From: Chiloscyllium plagiosum
Lineage: Eukaryota
DNA length: 48,467 nt
Assembly (NCBI RefSeq): GCF_004010195.1
Contig: NC_057749.1
Coordinates: forward strand, 19,627,438 to 19,675,904
Direction: 5' to 3'
Shown here: one piece after another, positions 23,312-35,435 of the stretch
Layout of the letters: the number at the start of each line of letters is the position of its first letter
Numbering within the stretch: the first letter of the stretch is position 1
Program-made: the position numbers and the translations under genes
The notes under the pieces: generated by a model
Told to the model about the DNA's origin: nothing
Database searches by the model: none
Seen by the model: only the letters and a program-made list of their open reading frames with translations

Positions 23312-24365
23312 ATAGTCATATATCATAGCTACAGGCCCTTTCGGTCCACAATGTCTATGCCGACCAACAAACTATACAAAAAAAAGCACCAAACTATACT
23401 CATCCCATTTATCTGCACTAGGTCCATATCCTGCTATGTCCTGGCATTTTAAGTGCTTATCCAGATGCCTAAATGTTGCAAGAGTATCTGCCTCCATCAC
23501 TCTCTCAGTCAGCGCACTCCATATTTTTACCACCCTCTGGGTGGAAAAAACCTTTCCAGAGATCCCTTCTAACACATCTCTATGACTCTAAACCACTTAG
23601 TCCTTACCTTAAACTGATGCCCTTTGATCGGAGATGCATCTGCCATGGGGAAAGGTCCTCAAAATCTACCCTATCTATGCCTCATAATTTTAGATAGATC
23701 CCTACAGTGCGGAAACAGGCCCTTCGGCCCAACAAGTCCACACCGACCCTCCAAAGAGCATCCCACCCAAACCCATTCGCCTACCCTACTACTCTACATT
23801 TACCCTGACAAGTGCACCTAATCTTCACATCCCTGATCACTATGGGGCAATTTAGCATGGCCAACCACCTAATCTGCACATCTCATAGATTGTGGGAGGA
23901 AACCCAAAGGAAATCCACACAGTTGTGGGGAGAATATGCAAACTCCACACAGACAGTCAGCCAAAGTTAGAATCAAACCCAGGTCCCTGGCGCTGTGAGG
24001 CAGCAGTGCTAACCACTGAGCCTCTGTACCGCACTATTTTACATTCCTCAGTCAGCCTGCGACTCCATTTCCAAAGAACTATGAACATGCATTCCAAGGT
24101 CTCTTTGTTCAGCAACATTCCCCAAGACATTCGCAAGGAATTAAGGGCCACAGGGAGGGTGCAGATAAGTGGAATTGAAATGCCCATCAGCCATGATTAA
24201 ATGGCAGATTGGACTTGATGGGCTGAATGGCCTTGCTTCCACTCCTATGTCTTATGGTCTTATACTTAATGGTAAGGTCCATAAGACCACAAGTCCTACC
24301 CTGATTTGATTTTGCAAAATGCAGCACCTCACATTTATCTGAATTAAACTTCATCTGCCACTCAA
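23312..24365 (-). mobile_element. Fragmented CR1 3' region, interrupted by an HE1 SINE and a plus-strand CR1 tail (24150-24260)
   Basis: VFSTQRVVKIWSALTERVMEADTL and WQMKFNSDKCEVLHF. Confidence 0.8.
23691..24032 (-). mobile_element. Full-length HE1/V-SINE (tRNA-derived)
   Basis: Minus strand begins GCGGTACAGAGGCTCAGTGGTTAGCACTGCTGCCTCACAGCGCCAGGGACCTGGGTTTGATTC (Pol III A/B boxes), then a V-domain body and a CR1-like tail. Confidence 0.9.
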
Positions 24366-26033
24366 CAGGCCCTTTGGCTCTCAAAGCCTGAAACTGTCTT
24401 CGCTTAAAATAATCCACATCCCACTATTCCCTTCCTATTCATGTAGTCGTTCAGGTGCTTCTTGAATGCTTCCATCACCTCCTCCGGTAATGCATTCCAA
24501 GCACTTACCACCCTTTGTGTGAAAAATGTGCCTCACACATCCCTTTTAAACTTTCTACCCTCACACCCTGAACCTGTGTCCCCTAATGATTGACCCTTCT
24601 ACCCTCCATTCTATCCAGGCCATTCACAATCTTATAAACTTCTATTAAGTCACCCCTCAACTTCCTGTGTTCCAGTGAAAACAAACCTGTCGATCCAACC
24701 TTTCCTCATAGCTAAAATCCCCCATACCAAGCAACATCCTTGTAAACCTTCTCTGTACCCTGTCCAGATCCTTCTGGTAGTGCGGTGACCATGGGCGTAC
24801 ACAATATTCCAAGTGTGGCCTCACTAAAATTGTATTATGCTCAGCACAACTTGTCTATCCTTATACTCAATGCCCCTTCCAATCAAGGCAAGCAAGCCAT
24901 AAGCCTTTTTTACTACCTTACCTACCTGCACTGCCACCTTCAGTGATCTGTGGACCTGCACACCCAGATCTTTCTGTATATAAATACTCCTAAGGGTTCT
25001 ACCATTCACTGTACAATTCCTACCTGTACTTGACTTTCCAAAATGCATCGCCTCATATTTATCTGGATTAAACTCCATCTGCAATTTTTCTTCTCATGCC
25101 TCCAATTAATCTATATTCTGCTGTATCCTCTGACAATCCTCCTCACTATATGCAACTCCACTAATCTTTGTATCATCCACAAACTTACTACGTAGACCAG
25201 TTACATTTTCGTCCAAATCATTTATGTAGATCACGAACAGCAGAGGTCCCAGCATTGATCCCTGTGGAACACCATTAGTCACAGCCCTCCATTCCGAAAC
25301 ACATCCTTCCAGCGCTACCCTCTGTCTCCTATGACTAAATCAATTCTGTATCCATCTTGCCAGCTCGTGCCTGATACCATGTGACATCACCTTTGGTACC
25401 AGTCTGTCATAAGAGACCTTGTCAAAGTCTTTACTGAAGTCCAGTTAGACAACATCAACTGCTTTTCCCTCAATCAACTTTGTCATCGCCTCAAAAAACT
25501 CGATCAAGTTAGTGAGGCACAACCTCCCCCTGCTCAAAACCATGCTGTCTATTGCTAATAAATCCATTTGCTTCGAAGTGCACATAGATTTTGTACCCGA
25601 AAATCTTTTCCAATGATTTCCTTACTACCAATGTGAGACTCACAGGCTAAAGATTTCCAGGATTATCCCTGCTACCCTTCTTAAACAGTGGGACAACATT
25701 TGCTATTCTCCAGTTCTCTGGGACCTGTGGCCAAAGGGGATACAAGGATATCTATCAATGCTCCAGCAATTTCTTCTCGTCTTCCTCAATATTTTGGTTG
25801 CAATCCCATGAGGACCTGGGGACTTATCAACCTTAATACTTTTTAAGACGCGCAACGCCTCTTCCTTTTTAATAGCAACTTGATTTAAACTTGATATTCC
25901 CTTCCCTGAGATCATCTTCCACCAATTATTTCTCTTTCATGAATATCGTGTTAAAATACTCATTTAGGACCTCACCTATCTCTTCTAGCTCAACACAGAT
26001 TCCCTCCTTTGACCTTGAATGGGCTAAACCTTT

Positions 26034-26242
26034 CAGGAGAAAGTGAGGACTGCAGATGCTGGAGATCAGAGCTGAAAATGTGTTGCTGGAAAAGCGCAGC
26101 AGGTCAGGCAGCATGAAGAAGGGCTTATGCCCAAAACGTCGATATCATTCCTGAAGAAGGGCTTATGCCCGAAACGTCGATTCTCCTGTTCCTTGGATGC
26201 TGCCTGACCTGCTGCGCTTTTCCAGCAACACATTTTTAGCTC
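26034..26242. mobile_element. 209-bp fold-back PLE mini-insert with tandem hammerhead motifs and 14-bp TSD
   Basis: 34-nt tail at 26034-26067. 47-bp inverted arms at 26068-26114 / 26197-26243. TSD TGGGCTAAACCTTT at 26020-26033 / 26243-26256. Confidence 0.92.
26147..26182 (+). ncRNA. Minimal type I hammerhead ribozyme motif (intact core)
   Basis: ATTC-CTGAAGA(26151-26157)-A-GGGC-TTAT-GCCC-GAAAC(26171-26175)-GTC-GATT, with an ACGT palindrome and a GUC cleavage triplet. Confidence 0.78.
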
Positions 26243-27345
26243 TGGGCTAAACCTTTACCCAGCTACCTTTTTTGCTTTTTGCTATTGACTTTTCATGACC
26301 CCTTTTAGCACTTCTAATTCCTTAAGTTCTTTCCTACTTTGTTATGTACTTCAAGGGCTTCATCAGTTCCCAACCTCCTAGACTTTCCTTTTTCTTTCTG
26401 ACTAAGGTCATAACATCCCCAGTCATGCAAGGTTCATATAACTTGCCATACCTATTCTTTACACCACAAGAACGTGCCACTCCTGAATTCTTATCAATTG
26501 CCCTTTGAAATACTCTCAGATTTGTAGATTTATCCTCAAACCACGTCCAATCAAATTTCTCCAGTTCCTGCCTAATATTGTTGTAGTTCGCCTTTCCCCC
26601 AGGTTAACACCGAGGACTGCTGTTATCCCTATCCATGAGTATCTTAAAACTTACAGTATTATAGTCACTACTCCTGAAGTGCTACCCCACTGAAACTTCA
26701 CTCACCTAGGTGGGCTCATTTCCCAAAATCAGGTCCAGCATAACCCCTTCCCTGAATGGATTGTTTTCATACTGTGTTGAGAATCCCTCCTGAATGGTCC
26801 TGAGAAATTCTGTCCCATTCAAGCCCCTAGGACATAGCGAGTCCCAGTCAATACACTCCTTGGTTCATTGGCCTATCTGATGCCGTGAGCTGCCTGGGAC
26901 CTGAAAATCTGGAATCCCTCCTTTGCTTAAACCTCTTCACCACTATCTCCCTTTTTAATATCTGTCTTAAAGTCCACCTCAGTGGCCAAACTTTGGATCA
27001 TCTGATCTAATATTTATGGGGCTTGGTGTCCCATAATGTTCCCACAGGTTCATAATGTTCCTGTGGGGCCCCTTGGGATGGTTTGTTCGGTTAAAGAAGC
27101 TATACAAACATAACCTGTTGTTTCATGTTTTGGAACCGTCATGTGGAAGGATGTGCAATGTTGGTGGGGTGGAGTTGATGGGAAGTGAGGAGCAGGTCAG
27201 GGCTGCTGCTGAGCTTGAAATGCAGCAGCTCACAGCCTCACATTGACTGTTAAACAGGAGTTCTCTGGTCAAGCTGAAGACAGTCAGCAAGTGCACAAAA
27301 TGCCTCTGACTAGACAATGCTTAATTCTGTCTGACTGGCAGCTCC

Positions 27346-29394
27346 TCTATCACGGAGGTCTTAGACGACAGAACACAGGAGAGGCTGGACCAGCCGCTAT
27401 CTCTGGACGAGCTGACCAAGGCCCTCGAGTCCTTCGAAAAGAATAAAACTCCTGGAAGCGACGGCTTACCGGTCGAGCTCTGTTCTGCTCTGTGGGACTT
27501 GATTGGCCAGGACCTGCTGGAGGTGTATGTCAGTATGCTTCGGGCAGGTACCATGAATGAATCCATGAGGAAAGGCATCATCACCCTCAATACAAGCGGA
27601 AGGGGGAAAGAGGGAGAAACTCAAAAATTGGAGACCAATCTCACGGTTGAATGCGGATTACAAAATTCTGTCAAAGGTAACCGCCAACCGGGTCAGGTCT
27701 GCTCTGGGGTCAGTGATTCACCCTGACTAAACTCGTGCTGTACCGGATAGGAAGATCGCTGAGACTCTCGCATTCCTCAGGGATACGATCGCCTATGTGC
27801 AGGACAGAGGGTTAGACACCTGCCTGATCAACCTGGACCAGGATATCACACAGCAAAATGAGAAATGTTCTCTCCAAAATGGGCTTTGGGGAGGGAATCT
27901 GCAATTGGATCAGACTGCTCTACACCAACATTGTCAGTGCAGTCTCAATCAATGGGTGGGAATCAGATAGCTTCCCAGTCAGATCTGGAGTCGGGCAGGG
28001 CTGTCCTCTCCTGCCTTGTTTGTGTGCTGCATAGAGCCTTTTGCTGAGTCCATCAGGAAGGATGCGAGCCTGAGAGGGGTGACTATTCCTGGCAGCTGGG
28101 GCCTGCAGGTTAAGGCCTCCCTGTACATGGATGACGTCGCCGTTTTCTGCTCGGATCCTCTGTCCGTGCGCAGACTCAAGTGCATATGTGACCAGTTTGA
28201 ACGGGCCTCAGGGGCCAAGGTAAACCGAGGCAAGAGCGAGGCCATGCTCTTTGGGAACTGGGCCGACCAATCCTCGATCCCCTTCACAGTCAGGACCGAC
28301 CACCTGATGGTGCTGAGTATTTGGTTCGGCGGGGGGGGGGGGGGGGGCTGGGGCGTGCGCCAAGTCTTGGGAGGAGCATATCAGCAAAGTGAGGCAGAAA
28401 CAGGGCAGATGGAAGCTACGGTCGCTCTCCATTGTGGGAAAAAACCTGGTCATCAGGTGTGAGGCACTGTCAGTTCTGTTATACGTGGCACAGGTCTGGC
28501 CTATTTCCAGAACCTGTGCTGCTGCAGTCACCCAGGCCATCCTCCAATTTATATGGAGGTCAAAGATGAACTGGGTCCGAAGGGACTTGCTGTACAAAGA
28601 TCTGGGCAACGGGGGAAAAAATACACCCAATGCCACCCTCACCCTGATGGCGACCTTGTGGCTGCATCAAGCTGTGCGTGGATCCCCGGTACGCAAACAC
28701 CAAGTGTCATTACGTACTGAAGTTCTACCTGTCCCCGGTGTTGCGAAGGATGGGCCTGGCCTCGCTGCCGCGGAACGCTCCGAGTAGTTGGACTGTTCTG
28801 TATCACCTGTCCTTCGTGCAGAAGTTTATGAAGAAAAACACCTTTGACCACAAGTCCATCAGGAAGTGGTCAGCACGTAGTGTCCTTGAGACCCTACGGG
28901 AAAAGGAGTCCCGAGCAGCGCCGTGACGCGGGACTCCGTGCTCTACGGTCTGTTCCCCGGGACACACACCAGACGAACATCAACTGTGTCTGGAGGATCA
29001 TCAACTCGGTGAAGGACGCTCTCTGGGCGGTCTGAAACCTGTTGATCTTACAGCTGAAGGAGTTGACCCTGACTGAGTGTTGCAGACTGGCACATTCCAA
29101 AGTCCAGGACTACGTGTTGAGGGACGCACTGAAGCTTGGGGCAACTGCCACCAAGGTGCGGTGGGGAAAGACCATCTTGTAACATCTGCCTGCCTAAGAA
29201 GAATAGGGGGCCCACGCAGTCATTTGGGCTCTGCTGACGCTTCAGCTAAATATATGGACATATGATTGATTGACGTACAGACCTGTATATACAGATGATA
29301 AATTCTGATCTCTGTATGTAAATGTATGGCATGACCAACTGTACAGACCATCAAATTATTTTATGAATAAAGTATATTTTTGAAATAAAAAAAA
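27346..29394 (+). mobile_element. 5'-truncated Tx1/L1-clade LINE (ORF2 RT pseudogene) with polyA and 13-bp TSD
   Basis: KTPGSDGLPVE, NWRPISRLNADYKILSK, RQGCPL, YMDD (28124-28135) and GAKVNRGKS. AATAAA at 29366 plus an A-tail. TSD GACTGGCAGCTCC at 27333-27345 and 29395-29407. Confidence 0.95.
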
Positions 29395-29621
29395 GACTGG
29401 CAGCTCCACCCAGTGGAGGCGCTTCAACTGATTTCCCTCTGATGGCTGAGAGATCAGTTTGGCGAGAGTACCCGTGTGTGGTGTATGTGTGTGTATAGAG
29501 CAAGGGTGTCGGATTTCTCCAAAAGCCTTTGGTATAATGTTTCCCCAGGACTTGAGTGGCTGTGCTGTGTTGTGATGTGTAGGAGGTCTGCCGGTGGGAG
29601 TCAGTATACTTGCCTTGCGAT

Positions 29622-29638
29622 TGCTGACTCACACGTCA
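29622..29638. promoter_or_regulatory. AP-1/MARE-like site adjoining a CRE half-site
   Basis: TGCTGACTCAC-ACGTCA in non-repetitive DNA ~650 bp upstream of the candidate ATG. Motif match only. Confidence 0.3.
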
Positions 29639-29689
29639 ATGGGAAGAACTGGGAAGGGGAGGGGAAAGGGGAGAGCCTGTAAACGTGGC

Positions 29690-30190
29690 TGAGAGTGTAG
29701 AAGCAGAAAGACAGGGGCTGTGAGAAAGAAGCAGCTCAGAGAGAGGGATAGCGGCAGATATAGAGAGATTCTCTCTCTCTGTCAGTCTGAGTGTAAGAAA
29801 GAAAGAAAGATAGATACATAGAAAAACAGGCAGAGAAAAACCAAGAAAGAGAATCAATTTTAGTTAAATAGAACGAGACAAACGAGGAGGAACAGAGTGA
29901 CACACATTCATAGAAAAGCAAAGGAAGAAAGAGAGAGAGATGCAAAGAAAGAGGTAGACACAGGCATAGAGGGGAAGAAAGATAGAGACATACACATAGG
30001 CAGAGATAGGTGGAGACATATATAAGCAGAGAGAGACACACACCAATTCACAAACAGAGACACCAGGAAAGTGAAATAGATAAGCAAATAAAAGCAGAGG
30101 AGAAAAGAGAGAGAAACTCAAGGAAACATCTTTATAGACTGAGAGAGACAGAAGAAAATAGACAGAGAGAGAAAACAAAGTAACAAAGGT
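29690..30190. repeat. GA-rich low-complexity tract
   Basis: Degenerate (GA)n/(GAAA)n/(GACA)n with strong purine skew. Confidence 0.85.
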
Positions 30191-30292
30191 GGTAAGAAGA
30201 TTTGGGAGCTTGATCTGTTACTGAGCCTCCATCACACCAGGATTTGCTCCAAGTGAGTGTTCCACTGAGCAGGCAAGCAGGAACGTCTAAGA

Positions 30293-30516
30293 ATGAAGCC
30301 GATGCAGAGGTTACTGCAGCTGCCAGTATCAGCTGTCAACTTGATCAAGCCGCTGTGCCAAGAGGAAACCAAGAGTCCAGTGCTGACCTCGGAGGGTGGC
30401 CAGCAGAACTGGTACAATGCGGTTCAGCCAGATGAACTGAAGCTTTTGAAAGCCTCACCAGATCCTGAACACCAGAGTGAAGAGCCAACTGAACCTGGCC
30501 AGACACAACCAATCCG
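30293..30516 (+). CDS. Candidate first coding exon of an unidentified host gene
   Basis: AGAATG start with A at -3. MKPMQRLLQLPVSAVNLIKPLCQEE...EPGQTQPIR is open to a CG|GTAGGA donor (phase 2), is non-repetitive and has coding-like composition. Possible acceptor CACCAG at 30240. Confidence 0.5.
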
Positions 30517-31015
30517 GTAGGACACTGGTGGATGGCTGTTCCTATAGGGGGCACATTGAAAAGAGCAATAATCCTTCAGATTTTTTGGAGGCGAGATGGG
30601 GAGTCAGTGCGTGGGCCATTTAAGTTGTGTTTCCTTTTAAACTTTTGCATGGCAAAAGGTGTCGATGTATCTATAGTCTGTCGGAATTTTTGTGATTACC
30701 ATGAGGCCATCTGTCAACACACCTTAAATGAACCATTGACAAAGTCCCTTGTCTGCTAACCCCTCTCCAGCTGCATGATGTTGCAAGATTTCTTTGCCTT
30801 CAAATACTGATTTGATTTTAGTCACTCCATTGACAGTCCTGTCTTCAACTTCTTGGGTTGTAAGCATTAGAAATTATTTCTCTAAATCTTTTGACTTTGC
30901 TCTCCTCCCTTAAAACATCTATTAGCTATCTCTTTGACTTTTTCATTATTTCCTTAGATACTGGAATTGGCCATAGCAGATGTAGCTGTAAACTACCACT
31001 TCAGTCATAACTAAT

Positions 31016-31927
31016 GTCATAGAGTCATAGAGATGTACAGCACAGAAATAGACCCTTCAGTCCAACTCATCCATGCCAACCAGATATCCTAACCTAATCT
31101 AGTCCCATTTGTCAGCATTTGGCCCATATATCTCCAAACCCTTCCTATTCATATACCCATCCAATGCCTTTTAAGGCTGTAATTGTACCAGCCTTCACCA
31201 CTTCCTCTGGCAGCTCATTCCATACACACACCCACCCTCTGAGTGAAAACATTGCCCCTTAGGTCTTTTTTAAGTCTTTCCCTCTCACCCTAAACCTATG
31301 CCCAGTAGTTCTGGACTCCCCCACCTCAGGGAAAAGACATTGTTTATTTATCCTATCCATGCCCCTCATGATTTTATAAACCTCTAAGGTCACCCCTCGG
31401 TCTCCGATACTGCAGGGAAAACAGCCCCAGCCTATTCAGCCTCTTCCTATAGTTCAAATCCTTCAACCCTGGCAGCATCCTTGTAAATCTTTTCTGAACC
31501 CTTTCAAGTTTCACAACTTCCTTCCAATAGGAAAGAGACCAGAATTGCTCGTAATATTCCAAAGGTGGCCTAATCAATGTCGCAACATGACCTCCCAACT
31601 CCTATAATCAATGCTCTGTCCAATGAAGGAAAGCATACCAAACACCTTCTACACTATCCTATCTACCTGCGACTCTACTTTCAAGGAGCTATGAACCTGC
31701 AATCTAGGGTCTGTTTGTTCAGCAGTACTCCCGAGGACCTTACCGTTAAGTGTATAAGTCCTACTCTGATTTGGTTTTCCAAAAATACAGCACCTCACAT
31801 TATCTGAATTAAATTCCATCTGCCATTCCTCAGCCCATTGGCCCATCTGATCAAGATCACATTGTACTCTGAGGTAACCTTGTTCGCTGTCCACTATACT
31901 TCCAATTTTGGTGTCATTTGCAAACAT
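31016..31927 (-). mobile_element. CR1 LINE, 5'-truncated
   Basis: FANDTKIG...WAEEWQMEFNSD and LERVQKRFTRMLPGL...RGDL, with an AGAGTCAT tail repeat. Confidence 0.92.
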
Positions 31928-32619
31928 ATATGTGACATAAACAAGAAATGCACAACCGAAAGTTAACACAATGTCAATAAATAGTTTACATTTGCAGTGA
32001 TGTGGTAAAGAATCAAATAAAACAGCTTTTGTTTGGGTGATCGCATGAGATAGGTTGGACAGGCGGACAGTTGAAAAATCATTTAAGATGGAAATGATTT
32101 TTTTTCTCTCAGAGGGTTGAGAGTCCCAGAGAGCATGAGGGGAAAATCATTGATCAGTTTAAGTCAATGAATACTGGGGGAGCTAAGAAAATGGAGTTGA
32201 GGTCACAATCAAATCAATGTCATCTTATCAAATTGCAAAACAGGCTTGAGAAGCCACATGAACTACTTTTACTCCTATTTCAAATATTCATAATTGCTCA
32301 TTCTTGATGAGCTAACACAAGTCATACTCCCCAGGATTGATCATGGTATTAAAAGAACTGCATCTACAATTAAGCTTGGACTCTTTCACAGCATTCCATA
32401 CTACTTGTCGTGCTGGAGATATCAAGTGTAGTCAGCTCACCATGAATGGAGCGGTGATCTTCTGAGCAATCAGGAACGTACGGAACAGGAGCATGAATAG
32501 GCTATTTGATCCAGAGGGAGTTGATGCTAATGACTGGGATCTTGACTGTGATGAAATGTAGAAACTCTAGAGGTTCTGCTTCTGCTTTGATTGGGCCAGC
32601 ATCAGTGACAAACACCAAC

Positions 32620-32890
32620 ATTTCCAAATGTGGTTAACAATGTAATAACGACCAGAGAATCTAGTTTGTGATGTTGACTGAGAGATAGATATTGTCTTAG
32701 CCACTGGACATAGTCCTTTGTTTTTCTTCAAACTAGTGCACGGGATCTTTTATATCCACTGGAATGGGCAGATGGGGTCTCAGTGTAAGATCACTCTTGA
32801 GAGATAGCACTGTGACATTGCTGGATTTCTTCAGTACGCCACTGCAATGTCAACCTTAATTCTTGCGCTCAAGGCTGGAATGGCAGTTAA
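32620..32890 (-). mobile_element. Deu-domain SINE (SacSINE/AmnSINE-like), degraded
   Basis: Reverse-complement similarity to 46915-47135 (GGGATCTTTTATATCCAC). Related remnants lie near 8330-8530, 34190-34690 and 35120-35430. Confidence 0.6.
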
Positions 32891-33276
32891 CCTTATGTTT
32901 CAGAGACAGGAGAGCAACCAACCAAGCCACAGTTGACTTCAGTGTAGTTGCAGCCACATATGTTGTTGGCTGTTGCCAGGGGCCTTGGTTCTGAAACAAG
33001 GATGGACCAGCACCAGGGCAATGACATCTGACCCTGTGTAGAAGGAGTTGGAGACCACAAAACTGTCAGCAGGCTCGCAGCCACCTTCATCATGAATGTT
33101 GGGTGCAGCATGCATATAGAGTTCGTTTGGTGCAGTTCACTATCCATCTTATCTCAGTCTATCAGCAAGCGAACAGCCTGCAATAAAAGCAAGAGTGCTG
33201 TTTCCAGGGCTTGGTGGGTGGAACAGAATGCTCAATTCCAAGAAGGTGAGGTTTATTAGGGTGGTAACTAAGCCAA

Positions 33277-33655
33277 CATAGAGTCAGAGTCATAGAGATG
33301 TACAGCATGGAAACAGACCTTTCGGTCCAACTCATCCATGCCAACCTGAGGTCCTAAATTAATCTAGTCCCAATTTGCCAGCACTTGGCTCATATCTCTC
33401 TAAACCCTTCCAATTCATATACCCATCCAATACCTTTTAAAAATATTATAATTGCACTAGCCTCCACCACTTCCTCTGACAGCTCATTCCATATACACAC
33501 CACCTTCTGCGTTAAAAAGCTGCCTCTTAGGTCTCTTTTAAATCTTTCCCCTCTCACCTAAATCTATGCCCTCTAGTTCTGGACTCCCACACCCCAAGCA
33601 AAAGACCTTGTCTATTTACCCTATCCATGCCCCTCATGATTTTATAAACCTCTAC
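33277..33655 (-). mobile_element. CR1 3' end
   Basis: Closely similar to 31016-31390. Confidence 0.88.
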
Positions 33656-35435
33656 AATTATAAAAACATTTTTGCACGTTGTTCCCAAATTACTTTATAA
33701 CCAGTTACAATGTACAAATTAATGGGTAATAACTTAATTACTTAATAACCAAACTAGGTTATTCAAACCAGCTTAGAAACTAGTGTGGGCATATCTCCTT
33801 GGTGTGAGATTTTGTTACTGTTATTGCTCCTGTGAAACTCCTTGGGATTTTGTTTCTGTTCATGATGCTATATAAATGAAAGTTGTTATTGCTGTTATTG
33901 TTTTGGAACAGGCAGAAACAGGAGCGCAATGTGGCAGGGTGTGCGCCAGGGCAGGAGGGAATAGTCAGAACTGTCAGGGTTTTCTGCTGAGATTGGAATG
34001 TAGTTGCTTGGTGTGCCTAGTTGACCACTAATCCAGAACTCTGCTGCTTGGGATGAAGGTAAGTGAGTGAGGGTTCTACATTACATAATTTGTCTGACTA
34101 GCAGCTCTACCTGATGCGGAAGAGACTCAATTGACCTTCCTTCTCTGACAGATCTGGCTTATAATTAAGCAGTAGAGGGAAAAGGAACTTTCATTTATGT
34201 AGTGCCTCTTATAATCTCAAGATATCCTAACACTCTGCAGCCAAGTAATTACTTGTTTGAGGTATCTTCACTGTTGTCACACAGGGAATATGTTGCCAAT
34301 TTATGCACAACTAGCTCCCATAAATGGCAATATGATGATGACCAGATAATGTCTGACGGTGTTGTTGAAGGATGGATAATTGTCAGGGTATCAGGGATAC
34401 CTTCCCTTTTCTTGTTAAAATTAGTTCTATGACATAGAAACATAAAAATAGGAGCAGGACTGGGTTTTTCGGCCTTTGAGCCTTTCTGCCATTCAGCATG
34501 ATCATTGCTGGTCCTTTATTTCAACACCATACACTCTTTCTTGACAGTTTTAGATCCAGCTGAAAAGATAGATTGAACCTCCAAAACAGCGAAATTCCCT
34601 CAGTGTTGGACAAACTTGATTACATGCTGAAGACTGGGACATGAATCCAAAACCACCTGGACACAGAAATAAGCATGTTAACCTTTGAGTCACACCTAAC
34701 TATCAGCCATAGCCAACTCACAGACAGCCAAGCCTTAGGCATTTGGTGAAATCGTTAGTGCAATGTATCATCCTTTTGTCATTGATCCAAGACTGTGTTA
34801 CATATGGTAATAGCTCCAGCCTGAGTAACGGTTTCACTCTGGCTTTACTTTTTACAGTCAGCTATTAATTGAAGCCTGCTGGGCATCATGGCAGTTTATA
34901 AAAACTGCATCTCCAGTAGTCTAGTCACACTGTATGGATTTGAGTGTTGTTGACTGGATGTTACCAAGAATTCATAAACTGTCCTAGGGAGCTGGGAGGA
35001 AATAACAGTACAGTCATAGAGCAAGATTTGCATTTATGCAGCAGCAGGAGAGGGCCATTCATCCCATCAAGCCTGTTTCAACATTCTGTTTGATCACATC
35101 TGTTCTGTACCTCCCTTTAAATTCTCAAATATGTTACAATTTTGTCACAGAGGAAAATAGTTTATACACAGCAAGCACCCATAGGCATCCATGAAATAAA
35201 CGAACAGAGAATTTGCTTAACGTTGTTTGAACGATAAATATTGACCAAAATACCAGGAAGAATTCCTCATCTGTTAATTATGTGAACTTGTTTGCCTTAC
35301 ATGTTTTCAACTAATTAATAACTGACTGAGGAAATATGTGGGTCCTGAACTAAAGGACAGCATCACTGACAGTGCTGCATTCACACTGGAGTGTCAATCT
35401 GTCCTCGAGTCTCTGCAGGGGGCTCAAATCCATCA

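Larger units (their letters stand above)
24366..26855 (-). mobile_element. Long decayed CR1 ORF2 (endonuclease end through RT to 3' end)
   Basis: IDWD, KVDKSPGPHGI, DFSKDFDKVS, GVPQGSMLGPLLF, MEFNPDKYEAMHFGK. Confidence 0.9.
23090..27122 (+). mobile_element. L2 LINE 3' end (23090-23305 and 26870-27122) split by ~3.5 kb of nested insertions
   Basis: LH*LLVEQSFNFKI...PYL before the cluster and P.IWNP...TGTTGTT tail after it. Confidence 0.55.

Noticed and set aside
23960..24032. tRNA gene
   Set aside because: The A/B boxes belong to the SINE head, which continues into a V-domain body.
27346..29394. Prokaryotic-type RT system (retron, DGR, group II intron)
   Set aside because: The RT motifs, polyA tail and TSD fit a eukaryotic non-LTR retrotransposon.
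29636..30178. Hydrophobic minus-strand ORFs resembling membrane proteins
   Set aside because: They are translation artefacts of the GA-rich low-complexity tract.
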